Positions 9,726-21,689 are shown, counted from the first letter of the stretch. The stretch is 64,000 nucleotides of DNA from Candidatus Latescibacterota bacterium (GCA_965200315.1 OZ241362.1:4384001-4448000); one strand, 5' to 3'. The notes: generated from the letters alone by a model not told the origin. Numbers and translations are program-made.

Positions 9726-10937
9726 ATGAACCGACCGTCGCGTTTTGCGCGCATTACCGCTGGCTTGGAGCTCAATGCCCTGCTCAGCCCGCTGCGCAAA
9801 TCGTTTTGGCTGTCGCTGGGGGTCGCCGTGCTCCTGAACGCGATCTTGGTCCTGTTCAATCCCTTCCAGCAGCAGGCTGAAAAAGCACCCCGGCCGCTAA
9901 CCACCAAGTTCGTCAAACGCCAACCGCGCCTGACCAAGGCGCTGGAATTGCGCAAGATCCCCCAACGCAAACGCCCGATGATCCGCCGCCAAGTGCGCAT
10001 GGCCGCCGCCCGCATGGATCAGGTGCAAGCTACTGAGGCGTTCTCTACGCGCACCATCATCGCTCGTTCGACGGGTCTGACGGATGTGCTGCAAGTTGGA
10101 CAAAGCAACCCACAGGGGCTCCGAGCGGCGCTTTTACCGGTCATAGGGATAACTGCGAACTTGGGAATCAGCCGTGCGTCCGAGTACAAAATCGACATGG
10201 GATTAGAGATGCTGGATGTCGATGCCATGGACACGGGCCGCTACCGTGCCTTGGTGATACAGGACCCCAAAGACAAGCAGGGGCTCAAGGGCTTTGTCAA
10301 ATTCGCCCGCGTGGTCTCGGCCACTTATATGGCCGAAACCCAGACCAATGTCACCGATGGCGGGCTCAACAATCGGGAGATCGACGTCCTGTGCGATATG
10401 CTCAACGAGTGGACCGGCTTGCGCACCGAGTTCGTCGGCAGCTTTACCTTTGATGACAACCGCTTTCTAACGGTGCCGATCGTCATCCCTCAAGGCGAGC
10501 CCAATGAAAACGAGTTGGACAATCTGGCGCGCTACCTGCTGGCGGGGGGCTTTGTCATGGCCGAGCAATTCGACTTTGAGGGGTTTTGGACAGAGGCCCT
10601 AGAGAAATACGGGGGGCTGATCAAGGGGCGGGATTTTTATACGGAACGCCTGCGGGAAGACCATCCGATATTCTCGGCCTATTTTGACTTGGGGGACGGT
10701 GTCGCACAGGGTGCCTCGCGTTTTGACGATCCTTACTACTGGAATGTAGTGAAGGGCTTGTACGTCAAGGGGCGGCTGGTGGCCGTGCCTCGGGCCAACT
10801 CGGGTATTGGGGGGTATCTGGGCTTTGCCAGCGACCGCGACTCGACCCGCATACTACAGTTTGCAATCAACACCGTGATCTACGCACTGACCCAGGAAGG
10901 GTCCATGACTCAGCGGTTGATGCAGATTGTCCACTGA
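9726..10937 (+). CDS. Membrane-anchored DUF4159-like domain protein
   Basis: N-terminal TM helix plus basic linker; C-terminal ENELDNLARYLLAGGF, DHPIFSAYFD, INTVIYALT. Confidence 0.6.
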   Translation: MNRPSRFARITAGLELNALLSPLRKSFWLSLGVAVLLNAILVLFNPFQQQAEKAPRPLTTKFVKRQPRLTKALELRKIPQRKRPMIRRQVRMAAARMDQVQATEAFSTRTIIARSTGLTDVLQVGQSNPQGLRAALLPVIGITANLGISRASEYKIDMGLEMLDVDAMDTGRYRALVIQDPKDKQGLKGFVKFARVVSATYMAETQTNVTDGGLNNREIDVLCDMLNEWTGLRTEFVGSFTFDDNRFLTVPIVIPQGEPNENELDNLARYLLAGGFVMAEQFDFEGFWTEALEKYGGLIKGRDFYTERLREDHPIFSAYFDLGDGVAQGASRFDDPYYWNVVKGLYVKGRLVAVPRANSGIGGYLGFASDRDSTRILQFAINTVIYALTQEGSMTQRLMQIVH

Positions 10938-10952
10938 GCAGGAAGCCGTTGC

Positions 10953-11002
10953 GCTGGGTAGGCCAGTTCCTTTTCGAGGAGATCTTGATGGACCGCGTAG
11001 TT
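10953..11002 (+). repeat. 50-bp direct repeat, copy 1 (duplicate of ALS 3' end)
   Basis: 46/50 identical to 12237-12286. Confidence 0.9.
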
Positions 11003-11006
11003 TAGT

Positions 11007-11030
11007 GGTGGGGCCGCCCCACCCTTTTTT
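11007..11030 (+). terminator. Probable intrinsic terminator
   Basis: GGTGGGG-CCG-CCCCACC followed by CTTTTTT, downstream of the 9726-10937 gene. Confidence 0.5.
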
Positions 11031-11179
11031 CTGACCACTGCCGCGAGAAGGTGATATAGCAAGCCGACACGACGGGCGCGGCGCTCAGGAGCACACCCGG
11101 TTCGGGCGAGACGCCCGCGCTGCGCCGCATCGCACGAATAACGACGGCTATACTATGCTGCGTCCCTTATGACTTGTGA

Positions 11180-12145
11180 ATGATGGAGGATTGCTATATG
11201 CCGACGATTCAGGATCACATCTCTCTCGACGCACTCACCGACGGCACCTTGAGCACGCTGAAGGCGATTGGCGTCGACGACATTGCCATCATGCATCCAA
11301 CGCCGCCCGAGCCCGGAGAGGACCAATTCCCGCTGTGGCGCGATGTGCGCCGCACGGTGGAAGCCCACGGCCTGCGGTTTTTCAACATTGGCCTGCGGCC
11401 GCACCCCTCAATCACGCTGGGCCGCGATGGCCGGGACGAGCACATCGAAAGGTGGTGCGCCCTCATCCGCAGCTTGGGCGCGGCGGGTGTGCCGAGCCTG
11501 ACTTACAATTTTCGCGGCATCGGCAACTTCCGCACAGAGTCGGCCGTGGGGCGCGGCGGTGCCCGGTACAGCACGTTCGACTTTGCTGAGTTCGAGGCCA
11601 ATCCCCAGTTGCATCCCGATCAGCAGATTGCAGAGGGCGACCTGCGCGCCAATTTGCGCCACTTCATGGAGCGCATCACGCCGGTGGCCGAGGAGTGCGA
11701 GGTGCGTCTGATGATGCATCCCGACGACCCGCCGCGCCGCGATCCATTGGGTGGGGCAGCGCGCGTGCTGTCGTCGCTGGATGACTTTGAGCGCCTCTTT
11801 GAACTGGTGCCGAGCAAGGCCAATGAGATGTTGTTCTGCCAGGGGTGCGTCGCCGAGATGGGCGAGGACATTCCGGCGGCCATCCGCCGCATGGCCGGGC
11901 TCGGCAAGATCGGCACCGTGCATTTTCGCAATATCCGCGGCGGACCAGCGCGCTTTGAAGAGGTGTTCCTCGACGAGGGCGACGCAGATATGTACGCCAT
12001 GATGCAGGTTTACGCCGAAGTCGGGTACGACGGGCCGTTCATGCTCGACCATACGCCGGGTCTGCAGGACGAGTCGGCGGCTTGGGCCGGCCGGGCCTAC
12101 GCCATTGGTTTCATTCGGGCTACGATGCAGGCCGCGTACCGCTGA
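11180..12145 (+). CDS. Mannonate dehydratase (UxuA)-like protein
   Basis: LTYNF, VRLMMHPDDPP, FCQG, VHFRN, EVFLDEGD, DHTP. Confidence 0.85.
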   Translation: MMEDCYMPTIQDHISLDALTDGTLSTLKAIGVDDIAIMHPTPPEPGEDQFPLWRDVRRTVEAHGLRFFNIGLRPHPSITLGRDGRDEHIERWCALIRSLGAAGVPSLTYNFRGIGNFRTESAVGRGGARYSTFDFAEFEANPQLHPDQQIAEGDLRANLRHFMERITPVAEECEVRLMMHPDDPPRRDPLGGAARVLSSLDDFERLFELVPSKANEMLFCQGCVAEMGEDIPAAIRRMAGLGKIGTVHFRNIRGGPARFEEVFLDEGDADMYAMMQVYAEVGYDGPFMLDHTPGLQDESAAWAGRAYAIGFIRATMQAAYR

Positions 12146-12232
12146 GCAGCCAAGTCAGCCACCCGATGAGGATGACGTAGCCGACCGCCTGCAGTGTGGG
12201 CCGCCAGGCCAAACGATCTAGGCGCTACTCGC

Positions 12233-13867
<1,635 letters not shown>

Positions 13868-13886
13868 TACAATAGAGCTCCTTGTG

Positions 13887-14936
13887 CTAAACGCTTGGTA
13901 GGGCGGCTCCGACTCGCCGAGCGCAATCGAGGATTTGCCGCCAAGTTTCTTCCTCGACGATCACGCCGGCTTGACGCCGCTGTCGCTCGCGCTTTTCCAG
14001 TTCTCCGGGCAGCAGGATGGCATCGACGCCCGCGGCCTTGGGCGAGGCCCGCAAATAATCCGCGAACGCCCGCACTTGGGCCGCGTACTCGGCGAGCGGC
14101 TGAAAGCGCCCGATGTCGATGACCAGCAAGAAGCAGCCGTTGCCTATCCGCGCCTTCCGGCCCCGCGCACACCCGGCCCCGCTCAGTGCCCCGCCCAACA
14201 GTTCCACCACGACCCCAAGTCCGTAGCCCTTGTGGCCCATGAGGCCGCCAAAGGGCAAGAGGTTGCCGCGCGGCTCGTCGTAAAAATCCGCAGGATCGGT
14301 CGAGGGCCGGCCAGCCGCGTCGATGATCCATCCCTCGGGGACCGGCTCGCCGCGGTTGCGCTTGACCCGCACCTTGCCCTCGGCCACCACGCTCGTCGTG
14401 ATGTCCAGCACGAGTGCGCCGCCTTCTCCGTCGGGCCAGCCGCCGGCCAGCGGATTGGTGCCCAAGCGCCCGGCTATGCCGCCCCAAGGGGCCACGCCGG
14501 CACCGGCACCGTGCGAGTTGGCGCAGAGCAGGCCGATCATCTGCGCCTCGGCGATGTGCTCGACATAGCTGCCGAGGCGACCGATGTGGTTGGCGTTTTT
14601 GACGGTTATGGCCGCGACCCCGCAGGTACCGGCGCGTTCCAAGCCCATCTCCACCGCTTGGTTCATCACGACTTGGCCAAACCCCCAGTGCCCGTCAAGC
14701 ACGGCCGCCGCTGCTGTCTGACGCACAACTTCGACCTCGGCGTGGGGAACGATCTCCCCCTTTTCAATGGTGCTTATGTATTGAGGAATGCGGATGACGC
14801 CGTGCGAGTCGTGCCCCACAGCATTGGCGTCGGCCAGCAGCTTGGCGACGACCTCGGCGGCCGCAGGTGGTGCGCCGGCTGCGGCAAAGATGGTTGCGCC
14901 GACTTGGCGCAAGTGTTCGATGGAAAATACGGGCAT
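13887..14936 (-). CDS. Ldh_2 family (type 2 malate/L-lactate-like) oxidoreductase
   Basis: GHDSHGVIRIPQY, DGHWGFGQV, NHIGRLG, GTNP, GHKGYGL. Confidence 0.9.
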   Translation of the reverse strand: MPVFSIEHLRQVGATIFAAAGAPPAAAEVVAKLLADANAVGHDSHGVIRIPQYISTIEKGEIVPHAEVEVVRQTAAAAVLDGHWGFGQVVMNQAVEMGLERAGTCGVAAITVKNANHIGRLGSYVEHIAEAQMIGLLCANSHGAGAGVAPWGGIAGRLGTNPLAGGWPDGEGGALVLDITTSVVAEGKVRVKRNRGEPVPEGWIIDAAGRPSTDPADFYDEPRGNLLPFGGLMGHKGYGLGVVVELLGGALSGAGCARGRKARIGNGCFLLVIDIGRFQPLAEYAAQVRAFADYLRASPKAAGVDAILLPGELEKRERQRRQAGVIVEEETWRQILDCARRVGAALPSV

Positions 14937-14938
14937 AA

Positions 14939-16417
14939 TTATCGGGATATAGACGACGCCAGCACTGCCAGCAGGTCTTGCGCCTGCTCCTCGGAGAGTT
15001 TGGCCCGCCGCCGCGCTTTGTCAATTAGGGTTGCGGAACTAGCGACCTGGCCCTCGGCGTATATCTCGAGGGCCTCGCGGCAGAGCGATTGCACTAAGCG
15101 AGTGGCTTTGTCGCCATCCACGCCGACTTCGGCGGCCGCACGGGTGATCGGCGGATGTAGCCGCCCCTGCTCTAGGTCGGCCAGCGTCTTGGTCAGTAGT
15201 TGCTGCAAGAAGTGCCGCGCCTGCGCCCGCCAAGTCCCGGCGTATTCGGCGATGTCCATGACAATCCCGTCGGTGCGGGCATTAATGCGGTCCGCGGTCA
15301 GGCGCACCAGCGAGTGGGTCAATCTATAATAGAGCGAATCGACTTGGCCTAGCGACACCCCCGAGTCGTCGTTGAGCGCACGCACCCAATCCGGCGCGGG
15401 CTTTCTCTTCGTCAACAGCGCCCAAGTCTTCCGCGACCGAAGCGTGGGCACCGAGTCCGTTTGCCCGGCTTCTTGTGCCCGGCTTGGGCCAGAATCCCCG
15501 CTGACCGCTTGGGCCGGAATTTCCCGCTGTGCAATTGGATTTTTCTCAACGGCAACCGAGTCCTGTTGCGCCGGCTCCTTTTCTTCCGCTCGTTCCTCCC
15601 GGACCACTACTTTAGGTACGGTAATCTCCCGAGTCTTCTCGGCGATCTCGGCGATGACCTGCTGCTTGGGGGTCAGTAGGCGCAACCCCGGTGGCTGCCC
15701 CTTGAGCTGCACCTTGCCCTGCCACCAGATCCACTTGTTGCTCTGCCGCACTTTGTCGCGCAATTCCTCGTTGGGCAGGTCGGAATCCGGCAGCAAAAAG
15801 AGCGCGTCGAGCACCATGTTGGGCTGGGGATAGAAGCCCAGCCAGCGCCAGGGAATGCCCACTTCAAAGGTGTAGAGCTGATCGCGTAGCGCTCCTCCGG
15901 CTCTTACGGGCGCGTGCTCGGTAGGCTTCTTGCGCTGCATGCCCCCCCACAGATAGGGAGTGCCATTGGCCGGACTCAGCCAGATGGTGTGCCCCAAGGG
16001 TTGCTCTGGGCCGCGCAAGAAAATTTTTAGGTGATCGTAGTAAAACATCGCGTCCTTGCGCTCCCCGGATGGGCCGCGCCATTCGCTTTTGTCAGGGGGA
16101 ATCTGTTGGGCATCTACCGTGTCGTCAACTACTGCGGCCGCCACGTACACGTAGTCGGCGTCCCACATCAGGTAGAGGTCGGCCTCGTGATCGGCCGCGC
16201 CGCTAAAGGCCCCGCGTACGCCCACGCGCTCGCCGCCGGGGACGAGGCCAATGCGCTCAGGTGCGCCCCACTCGACCAATATGCCGTCGAGCGTTGGCTT
16301 GGAGGTCGCCGGGACCACGGCGACCGGCTCTGCGCCGACGGCTCCCACGGCCATCAGGCTTGCCCACGCGCTTGCCCTGAGCGCAGCCGAAGAGGCCCAA
16401 ACAGCGCCGCGCCGCAT
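14939..16417 (-). CDS. Secreted protein with CBM9/DOMON-like N-terminal domain and helical C-terminal region
   Basis: Signal-peptide-like start MRRGAVW...; LDGILVEW, YLMWDADYVYVAAAVVDD, YTFEVGIPW; the ORF-track extension to 17191 overlaps dCMP deaminase and is rejected. Confidence 0.6.
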   Translation of the reverse strand: MRRGAVWASSAALRASAWASLMAVGAVGAEPVAVVPATSKPTLDGILVEWGAPERIGLVPGGERVGVRGAFSGAADHEADLYLMWDADYVYVAAAVVDDTVDAQQIPPDKSEWRGPSGERKDAMFYYDHLKIFLRGPEQPLGHTIWLSPANGTPYLWGGMQRKKPTEHAPVRAGGALRDQLYTFEVGIPWRWLGFYPQPNMVLDALFLLPDSDLPNEELRDKVRQSNKWIWWQGKVQLKGQPPGLRLLTPKQQVIAEIAEKTREITVPKVVVREERAEEKEPAQQDSVAVEKNPIAQREIPAQAVSGDSGPSRAQEAGQTDSVPTLRSRKTWALLTKRKPAPDWVRALNDDSGVSLGQVDSLYYRLTHSLVRLTADRINARTDGIVMDIAEYAGTWRAQARHFLQQLLTKTLADLEQGRLHPPITRAAAEVGVDGDKATRLVQSLCREALEIYAEGQVASSATLIDKARRRAKLSEEQAQDLLAVLASSISR

Positions 16418-16419
16418 CC

Positions 16420-16962
16420 TCACTCGTCTTGGCGCAAGGAGGACACAGCCCAAGTAGCGTCTGGGTCGTCCATGGCCACGGCCCGTACGCCGCCCGGCAC
16501 AAAGGACAACAGCTCCGCGTAGCTGGCCTGCCGCTCGGCGTCGGGATAGGTCCAATCGTGTAGGTAATACACCGCGTGTATCTTGGCTTGCAGGATTTCT
16601 TTGGCACAGCCAAAACAAGGCCGCATCGTCGAATACAGCACCGCTCCCTCGGTGGCGATCCCAAAGCGGGCCGCCGACAGCAGCGCGTTTTGCTCGGCGT
16701 GGACGCAGATGCACAAATCGTAGTCCTTGCCCGTAGCGTACTGGTCGCGGTGGGCACAGCGGGCGCACCCGCCGTCGAGGCAGTTGACCATGTTGTGCGG
16801 GGTGCCGTTGTAGCCGGTTGAAATGATCCGGTCGTTCTGCACCAAGATGGCGCCAACGCGGTTGCCCGTGCAGTTGGCGCGCGCCCGCACGGCCATGGCG
16901 ATGCGCATGTAGTACTCGTCCCAATTGGGCCGCTCGAACACAGGGCTTCTCTTCCTCGACAT
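16420..16962 (-). CDS. dCMP deaminase (ComEB-like)
   Basis: RPNWDEYYM, STGYNG, CVHAEQNA, PCFGC. Confidence 0.93.
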   Translation of the reverse strand: MSRKRSPVFERPNWDEYYMRIAMAVRARANCTGNRVGAILVQNDRIISTGYNGTPHNMVNCLDGGCARCAHRDQYATGKDYDLCICVHAEQNALLSAARFGIATEGAVLYSTMRPCFGCAKEILQAKIHAVYYLHDWTYPDAERQASYAELLSFVPGGVRAVAMDDPDATWAVSSLRQDE

Positions 16963-17070
16963 GCTTGCTCAGTAGCCTAGCTATTTCGTGCGAATGGTGC
17001 GGAGTGCGGGTTGGTTGGGGAATAGTACGCCCGCTCTTGTAGCGGGTCAACCGCGCCCTAGTAAGGATGA

Positions 17071-19092
17071 TCAATAAGCCAACCCCACTGGGATGAGCCT
17101 CTTGATCACCTCGGCCTCTCCCTCGACTTCGAGTCCGAGTAGGTAGAGGCCCGTCGGCAAAAGTGCCCCGCTGTCGTCGCGGCCGTCCCAACGAATGCGC
17201 TGTGGGCCCGACTTCTGGCTGCCTATCGCTAGGGTGGCGACCTTGCGGCCGTCGAGTGCGTGGATGTTCAGGCGGGTTGCCACGGTACGGGGCAGCCCTA
17301 AGAGCGCATACTCGATTTTTAGCAGGTCGTTGATGCCGTCGCCGTTGGGCGTGATGACCGCGGTAGAGAGACGCAGGTCGCGGATCTTTTCGGCTTGAGT
17401 GGTCGAGGAAGCGAGGACGCGCAGGGTATTGGTGGCAATGTCGTCGCCGACATCGCCACTCTGCACGGGTTGCGGCAGGCTCTGGCGCTGGCTGTCGAGT
17501 ACTTGGCCGTCGAAGGTCCAGGCAAAGTCGAAGACCTCGGCGGCGAAGACGACGCGGATCAACTCGTTGCGCTCGGCGTTCAGCCGTTCCGGCAAGCGTA
17601 TCGTCAACCCCTCCTCGCCTTCGACTACCTCGCTCGCCACCGCCTGTCGCAAAGGGGTGCCCATTTCGAGGTGCTTAAACGCGGGCGGTCCGCCCGTGCG
17701 GATGCGCAGCGCGTCGAAGCCCGTGTCAGCGGCGGCAACTTCCGCTTTGACATCATAGACGAACTCCGTCGTCGCGCCCATCTCCACCTCGGCAACGCCG
17801 CGCAGGGGCTGCGGGTCGTCCAACCGGGCCACTTCGCCGATGACCGAGGTGGCCAACGTCGGCGAGGTTTCAATCCACAGGGAATCGAGCCGCACGAAGG
17901 AGTCGAAATCCTCGCTGTTCAGCAAAATTTTTAGCTGTAGATGGGAGCCGGACCGAAGGCCGAGCGTTTGGCCCGACTCCAAGGTCGGGACCGACCAGAA
18001 GGTCCATTTGTCTTGGTCGTATTCGATTCCAGCGCGAATCCCCGGTTTGGGGCGCGTCGTCAGCGTCAAGGCTCCCCCTTGCCCATCGTTGACGTTGACC
18101 GCCCCACTCGGGTTTTTGAGCACGTCTTGGTAGCGTTGCTGCGACACTGGGACGCGAGTGCCCATGTCGGTGAACTCGTAGTAGATGTCCGGCTTGGGGT
18201 CAATGCCAGTGCGCGCCTCGACTTGGATTGAGACGGGGGCGTCGGGGGCTTCCACCGGCTCGCCATCCACCATCCGCAGCGATGTCGCCGACCAAGAGAA
18301 GCGGCCGAAGTTGACCTTCTGCCCCAAGTCGAATATCCGCGTCTTGTACACCGCACTCAGGGGAACACCCTCGCCGAAGAGCTCGAAATCGCCGATGGTG
18401 CCTCGATAGGCTTGGCCCTTGGCCCAAATTTCCTGTGAGGATACTTGCAATGCCTCGATCTGCGCGGCTTCGAGCGAGCGCGAGAGCCGGCGGATATAGC
18501 GGGCGAAGCGCACGTACTGGCGGGGAAACTGGTGCCGCACGACGGGACGGAAATTCTCCTGCACGTCGGCGATCTGCCGCCATTCGTTCGGGTTGTGGGC
18601 GGCGATGTAGAGCTCGTAGGCGGGTACGACGTCTTCGTGCAAGCTCTTGCCGTCTGAGCGGTATCCCTGCGAGGGCGTATAGAACCCGAAGGAGAAGATC
18701 GGCACTGGCACGGCTAGGTCGAAGGTAAAGGTGCGGCCGTCGGGACTGGCACCTGAAGAGGGCGCGAGATAGGACGTGCTGTCGCCGTCCACCAAGCGCA
18801 AATTGCCAGACACTCGCGGTCTTTCGCCGTCGACGTAGCCGAGTTCACGGGGAGTCCAATCGCCCCAGTTGGCCAGATAGGAGAAGACGGAGCGGTCGGG
18901 CTGTATGTAGATGGGCTGTATCACTCCCGGCGTGGTCGTTTCATCGATGAGAATGGCGACCGAGTCGTGTTCGGCCCACTCCAAGCCGCTACCGCCGATC
19001 TGCCACAAGTCAATGTCAGCCTCCGCTGTGGAGATCCAAGAGGCAGTCAGCCATAGCAAGAAAGTCGATCGGTTGGCGAGGAACTTGTCCAT
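17071..19092 (-). CDS. Secreted protein with discoidin-like domain and C-terminal FlgD-Ig/T9SS-CTD-like domain (orphan paralog of the 46-52 kb proteins)
   Basis: Signal peptide; ITPNGDGIND...WDGRDDSG...GLY...GLAY*; shares WTFWS and FDALRI blocks. Confidence 0.75.
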   Translation of the reverse strand: MDKFLANRSTFLLWLTASWISTAEADIDLWQIGGSGLEWAEHDSVAILIDETTTPGVIQPIYIQPDRSVFSYLANWGDWTPRELGYVDGERPRVSGNLRLVDGDSTSYLAPSSGASPDGRTFTFDLAVPVPIFSFGFYTPSQGYRSDGKSLHEDVVPAYELYIAAHNPNEWRQIADVQENFRPVVRHQFPRQYVRFARYIRRLSRSLEAAQIEALQVSSQEIWAKGQAYRGTIGDFELFGEGVPLSAVYKTRIFDLGQKVNFGRFSWSATSLRMVDGEPVEAPDAPVSIQVEARTGIDPKPDIYYEFTDMGTRVPVSQQRYQDVLKNPSGAVNVNDGQGGALTLTTRPKPGIRAGIEYDQDKWTFWSVPTLESGQTLGLRSGSHLQLKILLNSEDFDSFVRLDSLWIETSPTLATSVIGEVARLDDPQPLRGVAEVEMGATTEFVYDVKAEVAAADTGFDALRIRTGGPPAFKHLEMGTPLRQAVASEVVEGEEGLTIRLPERLNAERNELIRVVFAAEVFDFAWTFDGQVLDSQRQSLPQPVQSGDVGDDIATNTLRVLASSTTQAEKIRDLRLSTAVITPNGDGINDLLKIEYALLGLPRTVATRLNIHALDGRKVATLAIGSQKSGPQRIRWDGRDDSGALLPTGLYLLGLEVEGEAEVIKRLIPVGLAY

Positions 19093-19104
19093 CAGTAGGC
19101 TACC

Positions 19105-19142
19105 GAGATCAGGCGGCTGAATGGCATAAGCCGCCTGATCTC
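19105..19142. other. 14-bp perfect inverted repeat just upstream of the 17071-19092 gene
   Basis: GAGATCAGGCGGCT-N10-AGCCGCCTGATCTC. Confidence 0.7.
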
Positions 19143-19609
19143 TGAGTTTCGGGCGTTGATCTTTAAGAACTGATGTTACGCAATGCTTGTACAGGCTCTT
19201 GGCGATTAGGGCTTGCAGCTTTTAGGGATCGGGGCCTCTGCTCTCGATGTTCTCAATCGAGTCTCCGCTCAACAGCAATCCCTAAGTGCGCTTCCATATA
19301 CTGACTGAAACTCATATTCCTCAGAAGCTGAAGGGGACCAGCAGGTGGCCAGACTTAGATTGTCCTATCCAAGTGCCGCTAGGGCGACGATAGCTGATAG
19401 CGAACCCTCGTCTCACGGACAGTACGCCTAACCGTAGGTAGGACAAAGGAGCAAGGTTGTGATGCGGAGTTGGTCGCCAGCGAGGGGTGTGGCCAGTATC
19501 AGGGCACTGACGAGGATGGCGTTGCACATGGGGATGTATCCGGTTGAGCCGAGCCAATAATCCAATATAGGACGCGCAAAAGGGGACTAACAACAAATAA
19601 TTCTTCTCG

Positions 19610-19987
19610 TTAGGCTACTCCGATGGAAGCGTGGATCTGCGCGAACTTCCATTCACCCGATTCCCGCTCCAATACGCCCGTCAAACGCAAGGCCAGTTCC
19701 TCGTACCGGCCTTGCCATTTGAGCCGCCACTGCTGCCGGGTGTAGAACCAAGCCACCGCATCGCGCTCCTGTACGTCGAGGTGCTCTGTGTCGATGGTGA
19801 AATCTTGGGTACTGGCGACGTGGTGATGGTAGTACTGGGCAGCGTGCCCACCGCCCTCGATGTATTCCTCTGGTTCCGTGCCGATTTTGACAAAGTGCTC
19901 GGCTGGGGAGATGAGCTCGATGAGCCGGTCGGCATCGCCGGTTGTCAACGCGGCGAAATAGGCCGCGACCGTCTGGCGGGCGTTCAC
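19610..19987 (-). CDS. SnoaL/NTF2-like protein
   Basis: VAAYFAAL..GD, RLTGVLE...WKFAQIHAS. Confidence 0.8.
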   Translation of the reverse strand: MNARQTVAAYFAALTTGDADRLIELISPAEHFVKIGTEPEEYIEGGGHAAQYYHHHVASTQDFTIDTEHLDVQERDAVAWFYTRQQWRLKWQGRYEELALRLTGVLERESGEWKFAQIHASIGVA

Positions 19988-20388
19988 TGTACTCGCTCAT
20001 AGGGGATGGAGGCGACCGCGTCTATTTCAATGAGGTACTCTGGCTGTACCAGTCGGCTGACCTCGACGAGGGTGCTGGCTGGATAGGGCGGCGTGAAGTA
20101 CTCAGCCCGCACGCGGTGGATCTGGTCGAGATGGGCCACATCCGTGACGAAGACCGTCACTTTGACAATGTCGTCTAGGCGACCTCCCGCGCTGGCGAGC
20201 ACTCGGGCGAGATTGTCCAGCACTTGGCGCGTCTGCGCCTCGACATCGCCGATGCCTACCGCATGTCCGTCGGTGGCTTGAGCCACTTGGCCGGAGAGGT
20301 GGAGGACGCGGCCCTCGGCTTGCCAAGCGGCACTGGAGAAAATGCCGAAGGGTTGGACGACGTCGGGGGGATTGAAGGCTTGGGGCAC
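19984..20388 (-). CDS. RidA/YjgF family protein
   Basis: LHLSGQ, QTRQVLDNL, IVKVTVF, PASTLVEV, LIEIDA; GTG start chosen after GAGGAG. Confidence 0.9.
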   Translation of the reverse strand: MPQAFNPPDVVQPFGIFSSAAWQAEGRVLHLSGQVAQATDGHAVGIGDVEAQTRQVLDNLARVLASAGGRLDDIVKVTVFVTDVAHLDQIHRVRAEYFTPPYPASTLVEVSRLVQPEYLIEIDAVASIPYERVQ

Positions 20389-20508
20389 AATGGCAATCTC
20401 CTCAGTGAATTTGGAAAGGTAGCGTAACTTCTTGCGGTCCGCAGCCATCCGCAAGTTTGACATGCAATGGCTCGCTTGTATAATTGAGCCTCCCGCATCG
20501 CTTTCCTA

Positions 20509-21669
20509 GTGCCCGACGCCATGGTCCGCATCCTGCTTGCCCTCCTCATCGCCGTCCCCCTCCGCGCCGATATCTACGACCGCCTCGACGAGTTGACCCA
20601 TCACCTGCGCTCGGGCGGGGTGCCCCGCGACGGCATCCCAGCCATGACCAATCCCCAGAGCGTTGAGCCGCAAGAGGCGCGCTATCTCGCGGATTCGGAT
20701 CTAGTCCTCGGCGTGGTCGCAAACGGCGCAGCCCGGGCCTATCCGCACCGCCTCGGCTGGAAGCACGAAGTCATCAACGACCAACTCGGCGGCCAGTACA
20801 TCTGCGTCACGTTCTGTCCGCTGACTAGCACTGGGCTGGTTTTTGACGCGACGCCCCCGGACTCGGGACAGATCGAATTGGGTGTTTCTGGCATGGTGCT
20901 CAACAGCAACTTGGTGCTGTACAACCGGCGCGACGAGAAAACCCTGTACCCGCAGATGATCTACGCCGGCATCAGCGGTGCATACAAAGGGCCGCGCCTT
21001 CAGCTCTTGCCCGTGGTCGAGACGACTTGGGGCCTGTGGCGTACGCTGCATCCGCACACCACGGTCGTCCAAGCGGCGACCGGCCTCGACCGCTACCCGG
21101 ACTATATCCGCGCCCTGTATCCGCTCGATTCGTACGACCACTATCCTTATGGTAATTATCGCAGCGACCATCGGATGATTATTTTTCCGCTTACTACCGC
21201 TCGGCCCAGCGACCGCTTGTCGGCCAAGGAGATGGTCTTGGGGTTGCAAGCTGCCGGAGAGAGCAGGGCCTATCCTTTCAGCAGGATGCCCAATAAGGCC
21301 GTCATCAACGATAGCGTCGGCGACCGAGATGTGCTCGTGCTCTACGACGCCAAGACGGCCACCGCCATTCCCTACAGCCGCGTTGTTCGCGGCGAGGTTT
21401 TGACCTTTCGCATCCTCAGCCGCACCGACGACCTTGGGCTGAGCGCAGGCGTTCGGTGCGCTCAGCCGAGCCGTCGAAGCCTGCCGTTGGCCTTTGCCGA
21501 TGTGGAGACCGGCAGCGAGTGGAACATGCGCGGCGAGGCCCTTGCCGGGCCGCTCAAGGGAGCGCAATTAGAGCAAATCCCAGCCTATAATTCGATGTGG
21601 TTTGGATGGTCGGCCTACTGGCCGAAAACCCGCTTGTGGAACGGCAAAGGCATCTTGCCGCCGCCCTAA
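20509..21669 (+). CDS. Secreted DUF3179 protein
   Basis: GGVPRDGIPA, RAYP, HEVIND, TFCPLT, GVSG..LNSNL, WFGW. Confidence 0.85.
   Translation: MPDAMVRILLALLIAVPLRADIYDRLDELTHHLRSGGVPRDGIPAMTNPQSVEPQEARYLADSDLVLGVVANGAARAYPHRLGWKHEVINDQLGGQYICVTFCPLTSTGLVFDATPPDSGQIELGVSGMVLNSNLVLYNRRDEKTLYPQMIYAGISGAYKGPRLQLLPVVETTWGLWRTLHPHTTVVQAATGLDRYPDYIRALYPLDSYDHYPYGNYRSDHRMIIFPLTTARPSDRLSAKEMVLGLQAAGESRAYPFSRMPNKAVINDSVGDRDVLVLYDAKTATAIPYSRVVRGEVLTFRILSRTDDLGLSAGVRCAQPSRRSLPLAFADVETGSEWNMRGEALAGPLKGAQLEQIPAYNSMWFGWSAYWPKTRLWNGKGILPPP
21436..21481. repeat. REP/RPE-like palindrome inside the DUF3179 CDS
   Basis: GGCTGAGCGCA-N9-TGCGCTCAGCC followed by GAGCCGTCGAAGCC. Confidence 0.6.
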
Positions 21670-21689
21670 TCCTGATAAGGAGCTTGGCT

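Noticed and set aside
14939-17191. 750-aa ORF as listed in the track
   Set aside because: The 5' third overlaps the clear dCMP deaminase and reads as shadow frame; the likely start is 16417
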